Shown here in pieces: positions 56,214-64,000 of a DNA stretch of 64,000 nt; the stretch's first letter is position 1; every line of letters starts with the position of its first letter. The notes under the pieces were generated by a model. That model was not told the origin of the DNA and did no database searches. It saw nothing but the letters and a program-made list of their open reading frames with translations. The translations under genes were made by a program, and so were the position numbers. The stretch comes from Cyanobacteriota bacterium (lineage in GTDB: Bacteria; Cyanobacteriota; Cyanobacteriia; Cyanobacteriales; Nostocaceae), in assembly GCA_046045965.1 (NCBI GenBank), contig JBJOKS010000026.1:1-64000 (forward strand), given 5' to 3'.

Positions 56214-56762
56214 ATGAAATCTATGACAAAGTTTGGCAAAATCAAACAAGGAATGTTGGTTTTAATTCTTGGGTGTAGTGCCTCGTTAACAGCAGTAAAT
56301 TTGGTTGGAGGCTATGATACGATGACACAGGTAAGTTTGTCTGGTCCTATAACTCCTGCCAAACAACAACTCCCTCATCAATCTCAAGGGATTAGCGGTT
56401 TTGTTTTTTCCCTCAATGGTAATCAAATGCCTATAAATCAACCTGATGAATCAAGATCAAATTCTCAGCCAGTAAGTACCAAGGTCTGGATCTTTGCTGG
56501 TAAAATTATAGGTACTGGTTCTCCTCGTTGGCCGCTAGAGAAAGCGCAACAACATCCTGGTTTGATTGGATGGACAGTTAGTGACTCTAGTGGACAATTT
56601 AAAGTAGGATTGCCTCCGGGAGAGTATACTGTATTAGCAGAGTATGGTTCTGATCTTTATTTGAATAAATTCTCAGCAGATGGGAGCTTTGCTTCGGTTC
56701 AAGTTACTGCTAATCAAGTGACTGAAGTTAAACTTATTAACACTGAAAATGCAGTATTCTGA
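56214..56762 (+). CDS. Secreted carboxypeptidase-regulatory-like domain protein
   Basis: Signal-like N-terminus; SDSSGQFKVGLPPGEYTV. Confidence 0.7.
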   Translation: MKSMTKFGKIKQGMLVLILGCSASLTAVNLVGGYDTMTQVSLSGPITPAKQQLPHQSQGISGFVFSLNGNQMPINQPDESRSNSQPVSTKVWIFAGKIIGTGSPRWPLEKAQQHPGLIGWTVSDSSGQFKVGLPPGEYTVLAEYGSDLYLNKFSADGSFASVQVTANQVTEVKLINTENAVF

Positions 56763-56866
56763 GCATATCATCGTTTCCCTTGAAGCAAAGTCGCTAATCT
56801 TGTAGGCTGCAAACATAAAATGTAAAGTACCTGATTTTTCTCTTAAGACTTTGGTGCATAAAGTTG

Positions 56867-56972
56867 TGCAGCAGATTCCTTTGTTATGAGGTACAGTTTA
56901 ATCTTCTGGGTTTTTGACTTCTACCTTATGTCTTAAAATAAAGTGTATCTCATTACACCGAGAAGTGCTGTA
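56867..56972. mobile_element. MITE-like element
   Basis: Both ends read inward as CAGCA...ATGAG(G/A)TACA, related to the ends of the 9462 and 35264 elements. Confidence 0.55.
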
Positions 56973-57161
56973 ATAAGACTAAATTCTCTATTTAAATTTT
57001 TGTACTTTTTGTTACTAAAAATACGTTCTTTATTAAGAAATGCGTAATAATACTGAAATTAATTTTTCCTCAAGGAAATGGTCTTGAGTTGTTAAAATGG
57101 TTAAACCTAAATCTTAATGGGTGCTACAAATCAAGTACCCAAGGCATTGAAATTTCTCTCC

Positions 57162-59183
57162 ATGTCTTACGAACCCCTGCACCACAAGTATCGCCCCAAA
57201 AGTTTTGCTGAACTAGTGGGACAAGAGGCGATCGCAACTACCCTGACTAATGCCATTAGCTCGTCAAAAATCGCCCCTGCCTATTTGTTTACAGGTCCTA
57301 GAGGTACGGGGAAAACTTCTAGCGCCCGAATTTTGGCTAAATCTTTAAATTGTCTTAAAAGTGACAAGCCAACTGCTGAACCTTGTGGCGTTTGCGATAT
57401 TTGTCAAGGTATTACTAAAGGTTATTCCCTGGATGTAATCGAAATTGACGCTGCTAGTAATACTGGTGTTGATAACATCCGGGAATTGATTGAAAAGGCA
57501 CAGTTTGCCCCGGTGCAGTGTCGGTATAAGGTTTATGTGATAGATGAATGTCATATGCTCAGTACCGCTGCGTTTAATGCGTTACTGAAAACATTAGAAG
57601 AACCACCGAAGCACGTGGTTTTTGTTCTAGCGACAACGGACCCCCAGCGAGTATTACCAACAATTATTTCTCGCTGTCAAAGGTTTGATTTTAGACGCAT
57701 TCAGTTAGAAGCGATGGTCAAACATTTAGGTGCGATCGCCTCTCAAGAAAACATCAGTATTGCCCTGGATGCCCTCACCTTGGTAGCACAAATAGCGCAG
57801 GGAGGCTTGCGAGATGCAGAAAGTTTACTGGATCAACTAGCTTTGTTTCCTGGGGAAGTCTCACCAGATCAAGTTTGGGACTTGGTGGGTTCAGTCAGTG
57901 AAAAAGATTTGCTGGCTTTGTTAGAGGCGATCGCTCAAGATAATTCCGAAGTAGTATTAGATGCTACCCGACAAATCCTAGATCGGGGACGGGAACCCCT
58001 GACAATTCTCCAAAATTTTGCCGCCTTCTACCGAGATTTACTCATTGCCAAAACCGCCCCAAATCGTCAAGATTTAGTTGCTTGTACCCAACAAACCTGG
58101 ACAGAATTAGTTAACTTTGCCCACAGGTTAGAGATAACTACAATTTTGCGCGGACAGCAGCATCTCAGAACAGCAGAAGTCCAACTCAAAAACACCACCC
58201 AACCCCGTTTGTGGTTAGAAGTCACATTACTTGGGTTATTACCCAGTGCCAATATTCAGCCACAAGCCCCGAATATCCCCCAAGCTGCCAATACACCTGC
58301 TGTATCTCCACCCCCATCGGCTTATAGCCAAACAAATTACAATTCTCCAGTATCTTCACCACCAGCAGCTTATCCCCAAGCAAATCATAATTCAACGCCT
58401 AATACAGCATCCCCACCACCAGCAGCTTATCCCCAAGCAAATCATAATTCAACGCCTAATACAGCATCTGCACCTGCACCAGAACCTGTGTATACTCCTC
58501 CAGAACCTGTGACAACACCTACAGCACCCGCACAGGAAGTTGTAGCCGGATCACAGTATGACTTAACTCAGATTTGGCAACAGGTACTTGCTAATCTCCA
58601 ACCACCATCAAGGAGGGAAATGCTACGTCAAATGAGCCAACTTCTGGACTTTGATGGCGCTTTTGCTCGTATTGCTATTAAACAGGCATGGTATGAGAAG
58701 GGTAAATCGGATTTGCCAATAATTACAACTGCTTTTCACCAAACTTTTCAGCGGGAAATTCAAGTAAATCTCGAAAAAGCAACTTCATCAACCTCTACTA
58801 CAACCAGAAGAAATCCTCTCCCACAAGATTCTACTCGTGTTCAGCAACCACCGACGACACCCATTTATAACCAGCCACAACCAGCACCACAACCAGCACC
58901 ACAACCCACCCAACCACCACAAAAAATCGAGCCTGTAGTCACAAACACAGCCCCAGTGCAGAACTTTGCACCCCCACCAAGTCAAGCACCTATATCACAA
59001 GCACCCAAATTACAAGCACCTGTATCAACTTGGGATAATGATGAAGTAGCAAAGGCGGCTAAAAGTCTGGCAGATTTTTTCTCTGGGGAAATCATTCGCC
59101 TCACAGATGATACTTTTGATTTGTCTGATACTGGAGTTTCCCCAGATGTTGAGATATATGAATCTGATTATGATTATGACTAA
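57162..59183 (+). CDS. dnaX: DNA polymerase III gamma/tau subunit
   Basis: HHKYRP, GPRGTGKTS, EIDAAS, DECHML, SRC; start at MSYEP. Confidence 0.97.
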   Translation: MSYEPLHHKYRPKSFAELVGQEAIATTLTNAISSSKIAPAYLFTGPRGTGKTSSARILAKSLNCLKSDKPTAEPCGVCDICQGITKGYSLDVIEIDAASNTGVDNIRELIEKAQFAPVQCRYKVYVIDECHMLSTAAFNALLKTLEEPPKHVVFVLATTDPQRVLPTIISRCQRFDFRRIQLEAMVKHLGAIASQENISIALDALTLVAQIAQGGLRDAESLLDQLALFPGEVSPDQVWDLVGSVSEKDLLALLEAIAQDNSEVVLDATRQILDRGREPLTILQNFAAFYRDLLIAKTAPNRQDLVACTQQTWTELVNFAHRLEITTILRGQQHLRTAEVQLKNTTQPRLWLEVTLLGLLPSANIQPQAPNIPQAANTPAVSPPPSAYSQTNYNSPVSSPPAAYPQANHNSTPNTASPPPAAYPQANHNSTPNTASAPAPEPVYTPPEPVTTPTAPAQEVVAGSQYDLTQIWQQVLANLQPPSRREMLRQMSQLLDFDGAFARIAIKQAWYEKGKSDLPIITTAFHQTFQREIQVNLEKATSSTSTTTRRNPLPQDSTRVQQPPTTPIYNQPQPAPQPAPQPTQPPQKIEPVVTNTAPVQNFAPPPSQAPISQAPKLQAPVSTWDNDEVAKAAKSLADFFSGEIIRLTDDTFDLSDTGVSPDVEIYESDYDYD

Positions 59184-59247
59184 TCTCTTGTTAGTAATAT
59201 TTGTTTAGGCTGGTAATGGGTAATGGGTAGTTGAGTTGTTCATTCTC

Positions 59248-59317
59248 CCAGTCACCAGTCACCAGTCACCAGTCACCAGTCACCAGTCACCAGTCACCAG
59301 TCACCAGTCACCAGTCA
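59248..59317. repeat. STRR array (CCAGTCA)n, about 10 units
   Basis: Tandem heptamers reaching the stop codon of the next gene. Confidence 0.92.
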
Positions 59318-60133
59318 GGCATAATATTGAGACATAAACTTGTCGGTAATAGTCCAAAGATGATCATCTAATTTAGTGAATACCCATTCAGCAATATCTT
59401 CGGGAACACCACCATAAAATGCTTCGGCAATACCACCTGTAATACAAGCAATGGTGTCACTATCTCCACCAATAGAAATAGCATTGCGAATTGCATCTTC
59501 AAAATCAGTTGATTCTAAAAAAGCGATAATAGCTTGAGGAACAGAACCTTGACAGGACATATCATATTCATAGGTAGGTCTAATTTCGGCTAAGGTTTGT
59601 TCTAAGTTATAACCAAAAGTATTTTGGATATAGGATTTGATGGTAGTTTTATCATAGCCAATACGAGCTAAAAAGATAGATGCGGCTGTTGCTTGTGCGC
59701 CCTTAACGCCTTCAGGATGGTTATGAGTAACTTCTGCACTATGTCTTGCTTCTTCTAAGACAATATCTAGGTTATCAAATGCAGATGCTATAGGACTAAC
59801 CCGCATAGCTGCACCGTTACCCCAGCTGTTGTATGGTTCGGTACTACTGGAATTTGCCCATTTCATAAAATGACCGCCATAACTAGCATGGGGATATTCT
59901 CCATAATAAGATTTGAATTGCTGAATATATTGGAATTTATCAATATACTTAGTTTTATCAGGGAATTCGTCTGCATTGAGAATAACCTCAGCAACCGCTA
60001 GGGTTAATACTGTATCATCTGTGAAATGACATCTATCATCGAAAAGGGGAAAGTCCTTAGTTTTTATATTGTAAAACTCATAAATTGAGCCAATAATATC
60101 ACCTGCGATCGCACCTAACATACTTGTCTCCAT
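59315..60133 (-). CDS. ADP-ribosylglycohydrolase family protein
   Basis: GAIAGD, FTDDT, GNGAAMR, GGDSDT. Confidence 0.93.
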   Translation of the reverse strand: METSMLGAIAGDIIGSIYEFYNIKTKDFPLFDDRCHFTDDTVLTLAVAEVILNADEFPDKTKYIDKFQYIQQFKSYYGEYPHASYGGHFMKWANSSSTEPYNSWGNGAAMRVSPIASAFDNLDIVLEEARHSAEVTHNHPEGVKGAQATAASIFLARIGYDKTTIKSYIQNTFGYNLEQTLAEIRPTYEYDMSCQGSVPQAIIAFLESTDFEDAIRNAISIGGDSDTIACITGGIAEAFYGGVPEDIAEWVFTKLDDHLWTITDKFMSQYYA

Positions 60134-60161
60134 GTAATATTTAAGTTAATTATTTCAGATG

Positions 60162-60287
60162 TAAGTATATTGGCACAAAAAAACCAAACTATGTGAAGAA
60201 AGATGAACTGAGGCTAAAACCCTCTTTCCCCCTGCCAGAAAGCCCCTTGCCTGAACCTCATGACAAATATTCACGCCTACCTACTTA
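60162..60287. mobile_element. Degenerate TAAGTAGG-family MITE
   Basis: Shares TATGTGAAGAAA and ACGCC.ACCTACTTA with 9005-9134. Confidence 0.55.
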
Positions 60288-60430
60288 TCATATCTGTGAA
60301 GGGAGGTAAAAGGCACTCATGCAAGAAGCAATAGGAAGAGCTAGTCCTAAGCTGACGATTTTCTAGACAAAGCTATACTTATGTAGACAAAAATCAATTT
60401 CTCTTTAGTTAAAAAATCAACTATTTGATA

Positions 60431-60550
60431 TATATAGCAATCCTATTTGATTTGTGAACGAAATTTTAAAACGAACCGCTCCAGACGCAGAGAGCGCAGA
60501 GGTAGAGAAGAAGAGAGAGGTGTTCATATCTTATTTCGGATTGCTATATA
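60431..60550. mobile_element. MITE with TATATAGCAATCC/GGATTGCTATATA TIRs
   Basis: Perfect 13-bp TIR, non-coding. Confidence 0.75.
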
Positions 60551-60673
60551 ATCCTAAGATATCAAGTATTGAATTAAGACTATTGCCGACGCGAAAACCA
60601 AAACCCAGTAATAGCATCCTTGCATTCCTGTAACATAGCCCAAAAATCAACCTTGCTGACTTTGGGCTACTGG

Positions 60674-60803
60674 TAAGGGACTTCCAGGAAATAAATTATC
60701 CAATTTTGTGGGATGGGCTTCTAGTCCGTCCAAGTTTAAGGGCAGGCTGTCCGGCCTACCCCACAAGAATTAATTGAATATTTTTTTATTTGGAAGTCGC
60801 TAA
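60674..60803. mobile_element. MITE with GACTTCCA/TGGAAGTC TIR core
   Basis: TIR plus internal inverted GC-rich repeats (TTGTGGG...CCCACAA). Confidence 0.65.
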
Positions 60804-60849
60804 ACTCAAATTTTTCTCTCCGCTTTGAACAGCGAATAGTCAAAATCAG

Positions 60850-61455
60850 TTATCGACACCTGCGATATTTGATGTGATAAACTAAACCACGGTGGGCAAG
60901 GTCAAAGGAGTCAACAGTTGCCATCCCTTGACCATTAGCGATCATTGCAGCATTCACGCGCATATTTACACTATCGCCACAGGCTGACCAGATATCACCC
61001 ACAGTCACTAATTTATCTCGAACGTTGTAGTCAGTTTCGCCGCGAAATGTTCTAGAAAAAACAGGTCCACGCTGGCCTGCAAAAAAGTATTCTGCTCTTA
61101 GTCTTCCTGTTGTTGCGGGTGCAACATATCCCCGATAATCAGCATCATAGAAGGAAATTTGAAAGCCTTGGGGTACTTGAATGGGAATACTTAAGTTACA
61201 ACTTTTGCGTGTTTCTGCTGATTTATTCCCTACAGCTATAAATTTATCAAAGAGAATACTTAACTCTTGACCATCAGGACTGACGTTGACACTAGCAGAT
61301 CCTTCAGGACAACCGTTACCACCATATTCTGCACCTTTAATTTTAACTTTTTCGTTAGCAAAGGCTGGTCCGACAGAGGCCGTTATTAGTGTAGCCGCAG
61401 CCAGAAAAGCTTGCATCAACTTGAGAGATGTCTTCTTGAAGCTTTGATGATTCAT
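60850..61455 (-). CDS. DUF4360 family secreted protein
   Basis: Signal peptide AFA; YGGNGCP, RKSCNL, ADYRG, WSACG. Confidence 0.82.
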   Translation of the reverse strand: MNHQSFKKTSLKLMQAFLAAATLITASVGPAFANEKVKIKGAEYGGNGCPEGSASVNVSPDGQELSILFDKFIAVGNKSAETRKSCNLSIPIQVPQGFQISFYDADYRGYVAPATTGRLRAEYFFAGQRGPVFSRTFRGETDYNVRDKLVTVGDIWSACGDSVNMRVNAAMIANGQGMATVDSFDLAHRGLVYHIKYRRCR

Positions 61456-61897
61456 AGTTCACCTGTTTTGGGTATTTTCACTACTACTCAGTGCAAAATT
61501 TTGAACTAGAGTTGTTATGTCAACAACTCTATGCTTATCAGACAGACATTGGTGTGAATTTAGTTCCAAGCAAACCAAATTAGTAAACAAACTCGGACTT
61601 TTTAGAGCAAATTTAAATGGATACTAGCAATTTAACTGCTTAAATTTTACATTTTTACCAGTGTAATATGCAGTAAAAAGCACAAAATGACTCAGGGAGA
61701 CTGAGTTGAGAAGAATCAAAATTTGAAATTTTAAATATCAGCAATCAATATCTTTACGAACACCTCGAAATATTTTTTAATTACATCTACCTATTGATAT
61801 ATATCTTGGGAGAGTGACACAATTTTCGTTTTCAAGACCTAAATAGTAATAGTTTCTAACCAAACAAATTCTCTGCGTTCTCTGTGTAAGTAAAAAT

Positions 61898-62980
61898 ATG
61901 ACTACAACCTTATTACAAACCAATTTCCTGGAATCATTGCTAGGTAAAGAAGCCGAAGACTTGCTGACATACAAAGCCAAAGTTTCTTCAGAATTGCTGC
62001 ATTTACCAGGAGCAGATTTTATAGATCGAGTGTGGATAAATAGCGATCGCTCTCCCCGTGTGGTGCGAAATTTACAACAAATCTATTCTACTGGACGTTT
62101 AGCAAATACTGGCTATCTTTCTATTCTCCCTGTAGACCAAGGTATTGAACATTCAGCGGGTTCTGCTTTTGCAGCTAATCCTATTTATTTTGACCCAGAA
62201 AATATTGTTAAATTAGCAATAGAAGCTGGTTGTAATGCTGTGGCGACAACTTTAGGTGTATTGGGCAGTGTTTCCCGCAAATATGCCCATAAAATCCCTT
62301 TTATTGCTAAGATAAATCATAATGAATTGTTGACTTATCCGAATCAATTTGACCAAATTATGTTTGCTGATGTTTGGCAAGCTTGGCATTTGGGAGCAAC
62401 CGCAGTCGGGGCAACTATTTATTTTGGTTCAGAACATTCTAGCAGACAAATTCAGGAAGTAAGTCAAGCTTTTAAACACGCCCATGAATTGGGTATGGCA
62501 ACTGTGCTTTGGTGTTATTTAAGGAATAGTAATTTTCAACAAGATCAAGATTATCACTTGGCGGCTGATTTAACTGGACAAGCGAATCATTTGGGTGTAA
62601 CTATTGAAGCCGATATCATTAAACAAAAGTTACCAGAATGCAATAATGGTTATGGGGCAATTGCTAAAGCTGCTGGTAAAAGTTACGGTAAAACTGATGA
62701 GCGAGTTTACACAGAATTAACAACAGAAAACCCCATAGATTTAACTCGTTATCAAGTTTTAAATTGCTATGCTGGACGGGTAGGATTAATTAATTCTGGG
62801 GGTGCTTCTGGTAAAAATGATTTTGCGGAAGCTGTGCGTTCTGCTGTAATTAATAAACGTGCTGGTGGTACTGGTTTAATTTCTGGAAGAAAGACTTTTC
62901 AGCGTCCGTTTGAGGAAGGAGTAAGGTTGTTTCATGCCATTCAAGATGTTTATTTATCGCCTATGGTAACTGTAGCGTGA
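61898..62980 (+). CDS. fbaB: Class I fructose-bisphosphate aldolase (DhnA type)
   Basis: [23 protein letters not shown]. Confidence 0.93.
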   Translation: MTTTLLQTNFLESLLGKEAEDLLTYKAKVSSELLHLPGADFIDRVWINSDRSPRVVRNLQQIYSTGRLANTGYLSILPVDQGIEHSAGSAFAANPIYFDPENIVKLAIEAGCNAVATTLGVLGSVSRKYAHKIPFIAKINHNELLTYPNQFDQIMFADVWQAWHLGATAVGATIYFGSEHSSRQIQEVSQAFKHAHELGMATVLWCYLRNSNFQQDQDYHLAADLTGQANHLGVTIEADIIKQKLPECNNGYGAIAKAAGKSYGKTDERVYTELTTENPIDLTRYQVLNCYAGRVGLINSGGASGKNDFAEAVRSAVINKRAGGTGLISGRKTFQRPFEEGVRLFHAIQDVYLSPMVTVA

Positions 62981-62994
62981 TTTTGCTTGGTCGC

Positions 62995-63027
62995 AGATAC
63001 CCGACTATTTTCAGAAGTTGGGTATCT
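62995..63027. repeat. Palindrome downstream of the aldolase (terminator or REP-like)
   Basis: AGATACCCGACT ... AGTTGGGTATCT. Confidence 0.55.
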
Positions 63028-63057
63028 TGTTGTTCAATTATTTACATTACTCTTTAT

Positions 63058-63752
63058 CCCACATTCCGCACTTCAATTTGTAGTACATATACAACCCACA
63101 TTCCGCACCCTCAACTGTCACAAGGTAAAAAAGCCATTAAAGTAGTACACAAAAACTAAAGTCAATCCAAAGATTAAGAGACTTAATGAGAAATAATAGC
63201 ATTAAAAGGGAGATGGTGTGAGAAAGTGAAGCTTGGTAACAAAAACAAAATAAAAAAATGAATTGATAACCAAATAAGAAATAATTGAACTTAAAACAAT
63301 TCATCATAGAAATGATATGTTCAGGAGATGGAGATATACCAATATTTTTGAAATTAGCATCGGGAAATCAAGCAGATTCATCATGCTTTGGTAAAATAGC
63401 AGTAGAATATCAAAAACAATTAGAAGTTAATAGTCTCATTGTTGCTGACTCTGCTTTATATACAGAATCAAACCTGAAAATGATGTCAGAATTGCGTTGG
63501 TTATGTCGAGTACCATTAAGTATAAAAGCAGGGAAATCATTAATTTCAACAATCCCCGAATCAGAATTTATTGATAGTAAAATACCAGGATATAAATTAG
63601 CATCAAAAACCGAAAATTATGCCGGAATAGAACAGAGATGGTTAGTAGTGCAAAGTCAAGAAAGAAGAGAATCAGACCTGCGTAAGCTCACACAATATGA
63701 TATACGTGGATACATGATGTCCAATTCCGATTGGCAAAAAAGAAAGCATTAG
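63058..63752 (+). pseudogene. IS1634-family transposase remnant with IS ends
   Basis: LKQF...DGDIPIF, GNQADS, VADSALY, WLCRVP, QRWLVVQS; both termini missing; CCCACATTCCGCAC present twice upstream. Confidence 0.85.
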
Positions 63753-63840
63753 CTAATGATTAGCAGCGAAAATAAATCCAGATTTTTACCTAAAATGGGC
63801 AAAATCTGGACAAGGCTGATATTTAATTTTCTAGAACGTA

Positions 63841-63913
<73 letters not shown>

Positions 63914-63946
63914 GTGGGGCTTTTTTTATGTGCGCCACGATTACTA

Positions 63947-63975
63947 AATGTAGCAAAAGAAAATGGATTTGTCAA
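63947..63975 (-). promoter_or_regulatory. Sigma70-type promoter of tRNA-Phe
   Basis: TTGACA-N17-TACATT on the minus strand. Confidence 0.7.
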
Positions 63976-64000
63976 GGGGTTTATAGAAAAAAGTTTTATG

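Noticed and set aside
57162..59183. Intein or programmed frameshift in dnaX
   Set aside because: The ATPase domain is continuous; no splicing motifs or convincing slippery site with hairpin seen

Overview
AT-rich 64-kb chromosomal window from a heterocyst-forming cyanobacterium (Nostocales; inferred from frequent HIP1 GCGATCGC sites, heptameric STRR arrays and gene content). It is mostly housekeeping: argS, ftn2, pdhA, hisH, rsmD, petG (missed by the ORF track), cytM, pdxJ, ycf54, crtE, folD, mutS, recF, a P-type ATPase, a PGM/PMM, a Dus enzyme, dnaX, class I aldolase, tRNA-Lys(UUU) and tRNA-Phe(GAA). Accessory modules are interspersed: a UPF0175/DUF3368 TA pair beside tRNA-Lys, an ABC-ATPase + PIN pair (candidate defence system), a solo Cas4-like nuclease, a six-PPC-repeat S8 protease, an ADP-ribosylglycohydrolase, IS remnants and many MITE/REP/SDR-like repeats. 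The most striking observation is a TPR-CHAT protein whose catalytic Cys appears replaced by Ser, encoded directly downstream of a small gene that duplicates only its N-terminal region, which suggests a homotypic adaptor/decoy caspase-like module. No CRISPR array, rRNA or prophage was seen. Product calls come from motif recognition only; no database searches were run.
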